In this document: positions 28,752-42,414 of the stretch, piece after piece
Position numbering within the stretch: position 1 is the first letter of the stretch
How the letters are laid out: each line of letters opens with the position of its first letter
NCBI GenBank assembly: GCA_964016885.1
Contig: OZ024753.1
Location: 39,804,001 to 39,868,000 of the forward strand
Direction of reading: 5' to 3'
DNA length: 64,000 nucleotides
From: Eledone cirrhosa
Lineage: Eukaryota
Translations under genes and position numbers: made by a program
Notes under the pieces: generated by a model
Told to the model about the DNA's origin: nothing
Database searches by the model: none
What the model saw: the letters and a program-made list of their open reading frames with translations, nothing else

Positions 28752-29367
28752 GTCAGGTCACCAGTTGGTGCTACTGGTAACATGTATCCCAGTACAACCT
28801 GTCCCATGGTCGGGTCGTTGGCGACTAAACTGGCAACCCCACCAAGGTTTCTTGGTGAGGAGGGTGACTTTGGACATCCTGCAGGACTAAAAACAAACCT
28901 GTCAAAGGGCAAAGGAGCTCTTAAGAGTCAATGGCCATCCAAAATCACCGGGAGAGATGACCCCTTAGCCTTTGTCAAGGCAGAATTCTAGGAGAAGGAA
29001 AACTCTGATATCACACCTGCAACCCTGATGATATCCAATGATGTTGACTTGTTCTTCTTTTTGGTAAATATCATCTTGGTTAAGAGAGTGGGACTGGCTT
29101 TGTGCAGTGCCTTTGCTCACTATAAAAACTTCACGGCACAGGCATTGCTTTATATCTGGAGATCTCTCTGCACTTGTCGTCACATGGTACCATGGGCCCA
29201 GCACTATGTGTCAATAATTGTCACATGTGTAGTGTTTGTACCAAAGTTTTCAAGTCGCTGGCCGGACTGAGGACTGAAAAGTCACACTCGTTCAGCGCAT
29301 CGGTAGGGGTCCTCCTACATGGATATAAAGTAGTGGCCGTACTCGAAAACGAGTTGGCAGCCACCAT
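28752..29367 (+). mobile_element. Non-autonomous RTE-like element (5' UTR-like region joined to a 3' zinc-finger end)
   Basis: Contains ctaggagaaggaaaactctgat, which resembles RTE 5' UTR sequence as I recall it. The degraded C-terminal [14 protein letters not shown]...SH resembles a C2H2 finger. It has an (ATGT)n tail and no RT domain. Confidence 0.6.
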
Positions 29368-31635
29368 ATGTATGTATATATATATGTATATATATGTATA
29401 ATGTATATATATATGTATATGTATGTATATGTGTATATATATGTATATATATATCGTGTATATGTATATATATGTATAATGTATATATATGTATAATGTA
29501 TATATATATATGTATAATGTATATATATATGTATATGTATGTATATATATATGTATATATATGTATAATGTATATATATATGTATATGTATGTATATGTG
29601 TATATATATGTATATATATATCGTGTATATGTATATATATGTATAATGTATATATATGTATAATGTATATATATATATGTATAATGTATATATATATGTA
29701 TATGTATGTATATATATATGTATATATATGTATAATGTATATATATATGTATATGTATGTATATATATATATGTATATATATGTATAATGTATATATATA
29801 TGTATATGTATGTATATATATATATATGTATATGTATATGTGTATATATATGTATGTATATGTGTATATATATGTATATATATATGTATATATATGTATA
29901 TATATGTATATATATGTATATATATGTATATATATATGTATATATATATGTATATATATATGTATATATATATGTATATATATGTGTATATATGTGTATA
30001 TATATATGTATATATATGTGTATATATGTATATATATATGTATATATATATGTATATATATGTATATATATGTATATATATATGTATATATATGTATATA
30101 TATATGTATATATATGTATATATATATGTATATATGTGTATAATATATATGTATATGTGTATAATATATATGTATATATATATGTATATATGTGTATAAT
30201 ATATATGTATATATGTGTATAATATATATGTATATATGTGTATAATATATATGTATATAAGTGTATAATATATATGTATATATGTGTATAATATATATGT
30301 ATATATGTGTATAATATATATGTATATGTATATATGTGTATAATATATATGTATATGTATATATGTGTATAATATATATGTATATGTATATATGTGTATA
30401 ATATATATGTATATGTATATATGTGTATAATATATATGTATATGTATATATGTGTATAATATATATGTATATGTATATATGTGTATAACATATATGTATA
30501 TATATATGTGTATAATATATATGTATATATTTCGTTTCTGAATTTGTTTAGCAAGATTCTTTATCTGAAATCGTGTGTTGAAACCCTCCCAAAGTATAAC
30601 AATATATGTATATATATATATGTGTATAATATATATGTATATATAAATGTGTATAATATATATGTATATATATATGTGTATAATATATATGTATATATAT
30701 AGGTGTACAATATATATGTATATATATATATGTATAATATATATGTATATATATATGTATAATATATATGTATATATATATATGTATAATATATATGTAT
30801 TAATATATATGTATATATATAGGTGTATAATATATATGTATATATATATATATGTATAATATATATGTATAATATATATGTATAATATATATGTATATAT
30901 ATATATATATGTATAATATATATGTATATATATGTATATATATATATGTATATATATATGTGTATATATATATGTATATAATATATGTATATAATATATA
31001 TGTATATATATATGTGTATAATATATATGTATATATATATGTGTATAATATATATGTGTATATATATGTGTATAATATATATGTGTATAATATATGTGTA
31101 TAATATATATGTGTATAATATATATGTGTATAATATATATGTGTATAATATATATATGTATATATATATATGTATTATATATATATGTATTATATATATA
31201 TGTATAATATATATATGTATATATATATATGTATATATATATATGTATATATATATATGTATATATATATATGTATTATATATATATGTATAATATATAT
31301 ATGTATAATATATATATGTATAATATATATATGTATAATATATATATGTATAATATATATATGTATAATATATATATGTATAATATATATATGTATAATA
31401 TATATATGTATAATATATATATGTATAATATATATATGTATAATATATATATGTATAATATATATATGTATATATTTATGTGTATATATATATATATATA
31501 TTTATGTGTATATATATATATATATATATATGTGTATAATATATATGTGTATATATATATAATATGTGTATAATATATATGTGTGTATATATATATATAT
31601 ATGTGTGTATATATATATATATATGTGTGTATATA

Positions 31636-31666
<31 letters not shown>

Positions 31667-31703
31667 GTGTGTATATATATATATATATGTGTGTATATAT
31701 ATA

Positions 31704-31768
<65 letters not shown>

Positions 31769-32048
31769 ATATATATATTTATGTATAATATATATGTACA
31801 TATATATTTATGTGTGTGTAGATATATATATAGTAATAATAATAAATTTGAAGACTGAAATCTTTGTCTAAACTTTAATGTGTTATTTTAATAAATATAT
31901 ATATAAATATATATGTAGATAAATCTACCAAAAGTTTACGGTAGTGTCCAATCCGTATGAAGAACTCAATGTCATCGGGATATCATGAAAAGAGAAGATG
32001 CATTCAAAAACTACTTACGGTGAAAAATAAACGGAAGACAGCGTCAAG

Positions 32049-33050
32049 ATAAATTAATAAAATAATGAATAAACAAAGAAACAGTTCCTTATATTAAAAA
32101 AATTCATCATTTTACGATCGTTTCTAGGATATATATGTGTTAGATTTGGTATGCATATTCTATAGATTTATGTACAATATTTATACAAACTATCAGAGGG
32201 AATATACATACCTACACATATATATGCTGTCTTCAGAAATAATGATATTTGTTTATTGAAAAAAAACAAAGATTCAATTCAATAGGTCTGTTTGGGAACA
32301 GGTTTTGAATTGACCAATAGAGAGATAGTGAGTGTCAAGATAATAATATAGTAGTAGAAGAACCTTAAATTATGGGTAGAGGAAGGTAGATTTCAGTTTT
32401 GGATGGAAAAGAATATTATGAATGAAGGATTATTTTAGGGAAGAAATAGGTCTTATGCTGACCTCAGAAATAATTTTATTTGTTCATTGAATAAAACCAA
32501 CAAAGATCTAATATATTCTGTCTGTTTGGTAAGAGGTTTAGAATTAACCAATAGAAAGTTAATAATTGGCCAAATGGTAAAATAGTAGTAATTGAAGCTT
32601 ATTTTAGGGGTGAAAATAGGTCAGGTGGTCAGTAAAAGGTATACAAGCAGTTGCTGTTATAAAATAGTAATGCCAATACAAATATCTAAGGTGACTAAAG
32701 TTTTACGATAAGAATGTTAGTGAAAAAAATACATCTATGAAAAGAATATAAATTAATTTAATTGATTGGTATATTTATATTGATAAAATTACACTAATAC
32801 ATATAGATATGATAAATAAAAGTTAGATGCAGTTGAAAAGTGTTGTTAAAGATGAGGGGAAATTAAAAGAATATAAAAATAATATATATATACTTATTCC
32901 CTCTGATAGTTTGTATAAATATTGTACATAGATCTATAGAATATGCATACCAACTCTAACACATATATATCCTAGAAACGATCGTAAAATGATGAATTTT
33001 TTTAATATAAGGAACTGTTTCTTTGTTTATTCATTATTTTATTAATTTAT
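32049..33050. mobile_element. ~1-kb non-coding element bounded by ~155-bp inverted repeats (family D)
   Basis: 32050-32204 is the near-perfect reverse complement of 32895-33050; an internal diverged direct repeat lies at 32224-32325 and 32455-32558. Confidence 0.75.
32106..32243 (-). ncRNA. Type I hammerhead ribozyme with ~105-nt stem II (family D, second copy)
   Basis: Minus strand: attattt CTGAAGA ... GAAA cgatcg TA aaatgat. Stem I is retained through a GU pair, the triplet is GUA, and it is homologous to 16283-16428. Confidence 0.7.
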
Positions 33051-33434
33051 ATAAATATATATATATATAAATATATATATGTATATATACTCATACATAT
33101 ATGCAGACAGACACATATATATGTATAGAGATAGAGAGGGAGAAAGTGAACACACACATACACTCACTCACTCACTCACTCACTCACACACATATACACA
33201 CATACACACACACACACATACACACATACACACATACACACATACACACATACACACACACATCTAGATAGACTTACACGTATGTAACACATGCATATAG
33301 AGATGCTTAAATTCACACACACTCATACATTCACATAAACACATGAACGCATACACACAATCACATACACTTTCCTCTCTCTCCCCTCTCTCATTCTCAC
33401 AGACACGCACACGAACACGCACACGCGCACACCC

Positions 33435-33479
<45 letters not shown>

Positions 33480-33624
33480 CGTATGCAACGCATACAGAAA
33501 ATATATTACTTCTAAAGCTTTAACACTTTACGTAGACAGCAACACAAAGCTTGTCTTTTGATGCTACCTGCATTAAATATGTTAACACTAATTTAATTGC
33601 AGATAGAAGTTATTGTCGTAGTTG

Positions 33625-34168
33625 CTAGATTGTCAGTAATTCGACCTGTTTAGAATAAGCTGTGGCTTAGTGGTAAGAGAATTGGGTTTGGTAATCGTGA
33701 GGTTGCGAGTTTGATTCCTGGGCCGGGCGATAAGTTATATCCTTGAGCAAGACAGTTTATCTCACATTGCTAGTGAATAATTCGACCTGTGTAGAATAAA
33801 GCGCGGCTTAATGGTTAGAATATTGGGTTGACTATCCAGAGGTTGCGAGTTCGATTCCAGGACCGGGTGATACGTAATATTCTTAAGCAAGACACTTTAT
33901 CTTACGTTGCTAGTCAGTAATTCGCTCTGTTTAAAGTAAACCGTGGCTTGATGGTTACAGTATTGGGTTTGCGTTAGACAACATGCTTTGTGGCATATAG
34001 TTACTTCTCTTTATGTTCTGAGTTCAAAATTCGCCGAGTTTAACTTTGCCTTTCATCCTTACGTGGTCGATAAAATAAAGTACCAGTAACGAACTGGGGT
34101 TGATTTAATCGACTTTCACCTCCCCCAAAATTGTTGACCTTGTGCCTAAATCAGAAACCATTATTATT
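33625..34168 (+). mobile_element. Composite SINE: tandem tRNA-CORE monomers fused to a Nin/Deu-type SINE
   Basis: Two ~140-bp units (gtggcttagtggt...gagttcgattcc...ttgagcaagacactttat), then a third head running into gagttcaaaattcgcc...gcctttcatcc...agaaaccattatt. The same composite is inverted at 42600-43040. Confidence 0.75.
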
Positions 34169-34174
34169 TTGTTG

Positions 34175-34945
34175 AGGGCGGTGGATTGACAGTACCGGTA
34201 GATCGTCGGACATGCTTTCAAATCCCGCTGAGGTTAACTTTGCCTTTTATTCATTCGAGATAGTTAAAATAATGGACCAGTAACGAAATGGGGTCGATTT
34301 AATCGGCTTTTCCTTCCCCTCAAATCGCTAGCTTTGTACCTAAATAAAAAATTTGTATTTTATTAATTTTATTAATTCATTTTCATGGTCTGGGCAACAA
34401 GGGAAAGACGGCGATCTTATGATGTTGGGCGGTAAATGTAAACTGTGACCCAGTTTAAAATGAACACCTGGACCTTAGGTGCTTTTAGTTAATTTCACTT
34501 TGGTGCAAATCTTCAGACAGTCTTTCGTCAGAGGTTAGATCATACGATATCTTTGTCAGATATCTTAAAAGGCGATAGAATAACTTGTGGTATTTTATTT
34601 CGGCTCTCTATGCTTTGAGTGTAAATCCCGCCGAGGTTAATTTTGCATTTCATCCATTCGGTGTTGATAAATATATAATATCCAAAATATTAATCAGATT
34701 TATTCCAGTTTCTGTGACTTTAAGTGACTGAGAGTACAAGATTTCGCCCCGCCCCTTGGACAGGACGCCAGTCCATCGTAGGGTTAAACCCCCAGCTACT
34801 ACAAGTACTCATTTGCAGCTGAGTATACTTGATAAGCATAAAATGAAGCGTTTTTCTCAAGATCACAACACAATCCAGAAATCGAACTCACGACATTATG
34901 ATCGTAAGTCCAACGCACTTACAACTAAGCCACATGCCTCCACCA
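34175..34945. mobile_element. Additional SINE copies (forward 34175-34350 and 34570-34680; reverse CORE-type 34700-34945)
   Basis: Shared A/B boxes and central domains. Confidence 0.65.
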
Positions 34946-35499
34946 CTCTAATATACTGGACGAATATTCTTCCCTTTCTGTCTGCAAGAAGGCGGCTCAG
35001 ATAAGATCAGGAAAGTGATGGGCTCTGCTAGGTTTAAATGCTTGAAAAGCATCGTATATCACTTCGTACTCCAAGGAACCCGTCAAAATATGAGAACTCA
35101 AGGAAAGAAAAATCTTGGTATGTTCTTTCTTTTCTTCCTGTCGCAACACACGAGCCATAGTTTCTATCACATATCCCTCAAACAGTCTTCAATGAACCAT
35201 ATGAGGTGTACAATCTACACGATTTTATTCTAATGGTGTAGTTAGAAGAGGAAAAGCAGTGCCCATGATACTTTTCATCACATCTGAAGCATGTGAGAGG
35301 AAAGGCGAGACATTTCTAAAGAGCGGAGAACTGACCCGCCAAATCCACCCACTCTGTTCAGAGCTGATGAGAGCTACGACCCGGACAGACATGGGACTAA
35401 ATACTAACAAGCAAAATATTGTACAATCGCTTCACCAGAACAAGCTTTCTTTCTATTTGTGTCTGCCTGTCTGTCTGCCTATATGTCTGTCTGTCTGTC

Positions 35500-36206
<707 letters not shown>

Positions 36207-36350
36207 CTGTAACGTGTTTAGAATCTACAATGGAGCCTCATGCGATGAAAGCTTATTATAAAAACAATAGCTCTTACCACATGATCCCGTTGGAATTATA
36301 TATATATTTATTTAAAAGAGTCGAAGTCAGTGTTTCAGCATATGTACGAA

Positions 36351-36407
<57 letters not shown>

Positions 36408-36861
36408 GGTTTGATGTATCTTTAATTGATTGATAAGCTAATCTGACATTCCCTTCCCCATCTCTATATTTTTGAGGTTCAGTTTTATCTACCATGTCAC
36501 TCAAGTACTTCCTTCCTTATATCACACTTAATCAGACATTTTTGCTACGCTGTATAAGATTGCATATTCTGTTCTTAAAATAGATGATTTTTCAATCATA
36601 AGTAGTTTCACATTTGAACTTTAGTATTTCATTTGCTGTATCATTTCCCCATATTTCATTTCTAATAAATATTTTTCTCTTTGTTCTTCCCAGCTTCTAA
36701 GTATTACATTTTATAGAGTCTCTTGAAGATAACTTACATATGATATCTAATATGCATATTATCGCTTTTTGTTTTCATCCTATAAAGTCCGAAAAGCAAG
36801 TAGATTTTTATATTAACACATCAAATTTCATACATTTTAATTTCTTCTCTTTCTCTTTGCC

Positions 36862-37025
36862 TACTTATTGTTGAGAGGTTCGATGGGACAGAGTTCTCAA
36901 ACACTCCTTCCAACAGGTCCTGTCAGAAGTAACCGTCTCCAGTTGATCCGACTGGATCCCCAAGTGAGACCAGTCGAGCTCATGGATGTTATCCAACCAT
37001 TTATCTCGCTTAGATCTTCCACAGC
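36862..37025 (-). mobile_element. RTE-clade (Expander/Rex3-like) LINE 3' fragment
   Basis: Encodes GRSKRDKWLDNIHELDWSHLGI...CWKECLRTLSHRTSQQ*; homologous to 55860-55965. Confidence 0.65.
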
Positions 37026-37299
37026 TGCTAAGTGTAATACTTGTAGAATCTCTTGAAGATAAATCACGTCTGATATGTAATATGCATATTCTCACTGTTT
37101 ATTTTCACCCTTTAATGTCCCTAAAACAAGTAGATTTCTATATTCGTATATCAAATTTCATATATTTCCGTTAGTTCTTATTTTATCTATCCAAAGCTTG
37201 TTATCGATTTTCTAGTTGTAATGTTTCGTTTTAGCACTAATTTAAATCTAAATATTCCGTCGATGATCGCTACCAATATGGGCGCCTTTAGTAACTTTT

Positions 37300-37410
37300 A
37301 ATGGTTAGAGAATTGGATTCGCAATCGTGAGGCTGCTAGTTCGTTTCCCGGACCAGGCGATACGTTATGTCCTTGAGCAAGACACTTTATTTCAAGCTGC
37401 TCCTTCTGAC
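37300..37410 (+). mobile_element. tRNA-CORE SINE fragment (another at 38555-38740)
   Basis: atggttagagaattgg...agttcgtttcccgg...tgtccttgagcaagacactttatttc. Confidence 0.65.
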
Positions 37411-37531
37411 AGGAGTTTAGGCCGGTAGATAGTATCAGCAATGGAAAGACCAATGAAAACATAAATATTGAACTCAGTGGCAATTGAACCCCGAGTGAAG
37501 TTTGCAAAACGATCTATTCCATGCTACAGAC

Positions 37532-37879
37532 CAGAGGTTCTCAAACTGGGCGCTACTGCTCTCAGGGGTGCGTTTAGAAGGTCTAGGGGGCGCTGGAGCC
37601 TAAGGGATGATGGGGTGGTAGTCGATATAATAGTATATTAAATATCAAATGATATATATTATATATAAATATAGTAAAATAAAAATATTTATAATATTTA
37701 TCTATACATAGTATAAATTATATTATTTATTATATATAAATTAACGATTTTATTGATTATATATTATTTACAATTTGCGTGTAGGTAGGTCTCTCTGGAA
37801 TTAGAGGTGGTGGGGGTGATGAGGGTATTACGTGGTCATGAGGGGGGAGGCGGTGGCCCAGAAAGTTTGAGAATCTCTG
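37532..37879. mobile_element. hAT (Charlie-like) MITE
   Basis: TIRs CAGAGGTTCTCAAACT ... AGTTTGAGAATCTCTG with an AT-rich interior; the 8-bp flanks are only partly alike. Confidence 0.75.
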
Positions 37880-38163
37880 CTGTAAAGCTTTAAGATCATT
37901 CTAACAATAGTTTGTGATGGGTCGAGTATATCCTCCACATCACTGTAACCTTTTACAGTTTGATGCTTAAGATTAACCTTTCTTAGAATCTGCATTGTAT
38001 TGCACTTTGTCATCACATTCATGCCTCGTAGATAAAGATTACAATGATGGCATTTTCGGAGTGAGGTTTATGTGGTTCTGTTGGTCGCATCTTCGGTGTT
38101 AATTCCACTGTTCTCATCGATATTTGCACACATATGTTTTACTTGCATTCTATCATTATACAG

Positions 38164-38480
38164 CAGTCATTGGCAACCTACGGCCCGCGAAGCTTTCTGA
38201 ATGGTTCACCTAAGTTACCTCAGTGAAATCTTTGATTTTTTATTTATTTTATTTATTTATTTTTATTTTTTTACCCCAACTTTTCAGTCGTAATTTATCT
38301 TTCTATCATTTTTACGATCGAAGAAAACGTGTACGAATTCTGAAGAAACGAATCAAAACAACCTGAGTTACCACCCCCTTTTTTTAATGTGGGCACGAAT
38401 GTAAATTAGTGTTTGCGGCCCGTCTGATGACGAACCATATCTCATGCGGTACGCTTCTCGAAAGAGGTTGCCCATGCCTG
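38164..38480. mobile_element. hAT (Charlie-like) MITE
   Basis: TIRs cagtcattggcaacct ... aggttgcccatgcctg with subterminal cggccc motifs; flanks ttatacag and ctttagag fit a degenerate 8-bp TSD. Confidence 0.7.
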
Positions 38481-38791
38481 CTTTAGAGTATCAATTATTT
38501 TGTTGTTAGTTCATCTTTTGCAAAAAAAATTACTTTCAAAGAGGGAGCTAATGTACCGGTTGTTGCGTGGCCTAGAAATAAGGGAGTTTGGCTTACGATC
38601 AGAATGTCGTGGGTTTGATTTCTGGACTGGGTTGTATGTTGTGTTCTTGAGCGAAACATTTCATTTCATGTTACACCCATATACTCTGCTGAAAATGTGT
38701 ACCAACAATAGCTGCGGTTTTAACCCTTCGATGGACAGCATTCTAATAAATATTGCCTGTACATGTAATCAACCAGTAATGCACTGGGGTT

Positions 38792-41700
38792 GATAGTGGT
38801 GGGGCTACTGTGGTTGGTGTTGGTGCCGGGTCTAGTGTTGTAGATGTGAAAGGGTGTAGTAGTTAGTTGTAGATAGTGGTGGGGCTACTGTGGTTGGTGT
38901 TGGTACCGGGTCTAGTGGTGTAGATGTGAAAGGGTGTAGTAGTTAGTTGTAGATAGTGGTGGGGCTACTGTGGTTGGTGTTGGTGCAGGGTCTAGTGGTG
39001 TAGATGTGAAAGGGTGTAGTAGTTAGTTGTAGATAGTGGAGGGGCTACTGTGGTTGGTGTTGGTACCGGGTCTAGTGGTGTAGATGTGAAAGGGTGTAGT
39101 AGTTAGTTGTAGATAGTGGAGGGGATACTGTGGTTGGTGTTGGTGCCGGGTCTAGTGTTGTAGATGTGAAAGGGTGTAGTAGTTAGTTGTAGATAGTGGT
39201 GGGGCTACTGTGGTTGGTGTTGGTGCCGGGTCTAGTGGTGTAGATGTGAAAGGGTGTAGTAGTCAGTTGTAGATAGTGGAGGGGCTACTGTGGTTGGTGT
39301 TGGTGCCGGGTCTAGTGGTGTAGATGTGAAAGGGTGTAGTAGTTAGTTGTAGATAGTGGTGGGGCTACTGTGGTTGGTGTAGATGTGAAAGGGTGTAGTA
39401 GTTAGTTGTAGATAGTGGAGGGGCTACTGTGGTTGGTGTTGGTGCCGGGTCCAGTGGTGTAGATGTGAAAGGGTGTAGTAGTTAGTTGTAGATAGTGGAG
39501 GGGCTACTGTGGTTGGTGTTGGTGCCGGGTCTAGTGGTGTAGATGTGAAAGGGTGTAGTAGTTAGTTGTAGATAGTGGAGGGGCTACTGTGGTTGGTGTA
39601 GATGTGAAAGGGTGTAGTAGTTAGTTGTAGATAGTGGAGGGGCTACTGTGGTTGGTGTTGGTGCAGGGTCTAGTGGTGTAGATGTGAAAGGGTGTAGTAG
39701 TTAGTTGTAGATAGTGGAGGGGCTACTGTGGTTGGTGTTGGTACCGGGTCTAGTGGTGTAGATGTGAAAGGGTGTAGTAGTTAGTTGTAGATAGTGGTGG
39801 GGATACTGTGGTTGGTGTTGGTGCAGGGTCTAGTGGTGTAGATGTGAAAGGGTGTAGTAGTTAGTTGTAGATAGTGGTGGGGCTACTGTTGTTGGTGCAG
39901 GGTCTAGTGGTGTAGATGTGAAAGGGTGTAGTAGTTAGTTGTAGATAGTGGAGGGGCTACTGTGGTTGGTGTTGGTACCGGGTCTAGTGGTGTAGATGTG
40001 AAAGGGTGTAGTAGTTAGTTGTAGATAGTGGTGGGGATACTGTGGTTGGTGTTGGTGCAGGGTCTAGTGGTGTAGATGTGAAAGGGTGTAGTAGTTAGTT
40101 GTAGATAGTGGTGGGGCTACTGTGGTTGGTGTTGGTGCAGGGTCTAGTGGTGTAGATGTGAAAGGGTGTAGTAGTTAGTTGTAGATAGTGGTGGGGCTAC
40201 TGTGGTTGGTGTTGGTGCAGGGTCTAGTGGTGTAGATGTGAAAGGGTGTAGTAGTTAGTTGTAGATAGTGGTGGGGCTACTGTGGTTGGTGTTGGTGCAG
40301 GGTCTAGTGGTGTAGATGTGAAAGGGTGTAGTAGTTAGTTGTAGATAGTGGTGGGGCTACTGTGGTTGGTGTTGGTGCAGGGTCTAGTGGTGTAGATGTG
40401 AAAGGGTGTAGTAGTTAGTTGTAGATAGTGGTGGGGCTACTGTGGTTGGTGTTGGTGCCGGGTCTAGTGGTGTAGATGTGAAAGGGTGTAGTAGTTAGTT
40501 GTAGATAGTGGTGGGGCTACTGTGGTTGGTGTTGGTACCGGATCTAGTGGTGTAGATGTGAAAGGGTGTAGTAGTTAGTTGTAGATAGTGGAGGGGCTAC
40601 TGTGGTTGGTGTAGATGTGAAAGGGTGTAGTAGTTAGTTGTAGATAGTGGTGGGGCTACTGTGGTTGGTGTTGGTGCCGGGTCCAGTGGTGTAGATGTGA
40701 AAGGGTGTAGTAGTTAGTTGTAGATAGTGGAGGGGCTACTATGGTTGGTGTAGATGTGAAAGGGTGTAGTAGTTAGTTGTAGATAGTGGTGGGGCTACTG
40801 TGGTTGGTGTAGATGTGAAAGGGTGTAGTAGTTAGTTGTAGATAGTGGTGGGGCTACTGTGGTTGGTGTAGATGTGAAAGGGTGTAGTAGTTAGTTGTAG
40901 ATAGTGGAGGGGCTACTGTGGTTGGTGTAGATGTGAAAGGGTGTAGTAGTTAGTTGTAGATAGTGGAGGGGCTACTGTGGTTGGTGTAGATGTGAAAGGG
41001 TGTAGTAGTTAGTTGTAGATAGTGGTGGGGATACTGTGGTTGGTGTTGGTGCAGGGTCTAGTGGTGTAGATGTGAAAGGGTGTAGTAGTTAGTTGTAGAT
41101 AGTGGTGGGGATACTGTGGTTGGTGTTGGTGCAGGGTCTAGTGGTGTAGATGTGAAAGGGTGTAGTAGTTAGTTGTAGATAGTGGAGGGGCTACTGTGGT
41201 TGGTGTAGATGTGAAAGGGTGTAGTAGTTAGTTGTAGATAGTGGAGGGGCTACTGTGGTTGGTGTTGGTACCGGGTCTAGTGGTGTAGATGTGAAAGGGT
41301 GTAGTAGTTAGTTGTAGATAGTGGAGGGGCTACTGTGGTTGGTGTAGATGTGAAAGGGTGTAGTAGTTAGTTGTAGATAGTGGAGGGGCTACTGTGGTTG
41401 GTGTAGATGTGAAAGGGTGTAGTAGTTAGTTGTAGATAGTGGAGGGGCTACTGTGGTTGGTGTTGTTACCGGGTCTAGTGGTGTAGATGTGAAAGGGTGT
41501 AGTAGTTAGTTGTAGATAGTGGAGGGGCTACTGTGGTTGGTGTAGATGTGAAAGGGTGTAGTAGTTAGTTGTAGATAGTGGAGGGGCTACTGTGGTTGGT
41601 GTTGGTGCCGGGTCTAGTGGTGTAGATGTGAAAGGGTGTAGTAGTTAGTTGTAGATAGTGGAGGGGCTACTGTGGTTGGTGTTGGTGCAGGGTCTAGTGG

Positions 41701-42389
41701 TGTAGATGTGAAAGGGTGTAGTAGTTAGTTGTAGATAGTGGTGGGGCTACTGTGGTTGGTGTTGGTGCCGGGTCCAGTGGTGTAGATGTGAAAGGGTGTA
41801 GTAGTTAGTTGTAGATAGTGCTGGGGCTACTGTGGTTGGTGTTGGTGCAGGGTCTAGTGGTGTAGATGTGAAAGGGTGTAGTAGTTAGTTGTAGATAGTG
41901 GAGGGGCTACTGTGGTTGGTGTTGGTGCCGGGTCTAGTGGTGTAGATGTGAAAGGGTGTAGTAGTTAGTTGTAGATAGTGGTGGGGCTACTGTGGTTGGT
42001 GTTGGTGCCGGGTCTAGTGGTGTAGATGTGAAAGGGTGTAGTAGTTAGTTGTAGATAGTGGTGGGGCTACTGTGGTTGGTGTTGGTGCAGGGTCTAGTGG
42101 TGTAGATGTGAAAGGGTGTAGTAGTTAGTTGTAGATAGTGGTGGGGCTACTGTGGTTGGTGTTGGTGCCGGGTCCAGTGGTGTAGATGTGAAAGGGTGTA
42201 GTAGTTAGTTGTAGATAGTGGTGGGGCTACTGTGGTTGGTGTTGGTGCCGGGTCTAGTGGTGTAGATGTGAAAGGGTGTAGTAGTTAGTTGTAGATAGTG
42301 GAGGGGCTACTGTGGTTGGTGTTGGTGCCGGGTCTAGTGGTGTAGATGTGAAAGGGTGTAGTAGTTAGTTGTAGATAGTGGAGGGGCTA
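38792..42389. repeat. 80-bp minisatellite array 1 (includes 59-bp deletion variants)
   Basis: Unit gtagatagtggWggggctactgtggttggtgttggtgccgggtctagtggtgtagatgtgaaagggtgtagtagttagtt; the variant lacks 21 bp. Confidence 0.97.
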
Positions 42390-42414
42390 AAAAATATAAA
42401 ATTATATTTTTTAG

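Noticed and set aside
33660-33860. tRNA genes at A-box/B-box sequences
   Set aside because: There is no complete cloverleaf or acceptor stem, and the sequences run directly into SINE body, so they are SINE heads.
35170-35330. C-x2-C-x4-H-x2-C (PHD-like) peptide TCFRCDEKYHGHC on the minus strand
   Set aside because: The remaining PHD cysteines are absent, the frame is short and bounded by stops, and a chance match is plausible.
37890-38155. Minus-strand peptide KCHHCNLYLRGMNVMTKC resembling an N-terminal retrotransposon zinc finger
   Set aside because: The histidine ligand is missing, there is an in-frame stop upstream, and no other domain lies nearby.
38792-42389. 80-bp array as a CRISPR array or coding repeat
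   Set aside because: Units are contiguous with no unique spacers, there are no cas genes, the context is eukaryotic, and the unit length is not a multiple of 3 and contains stops.
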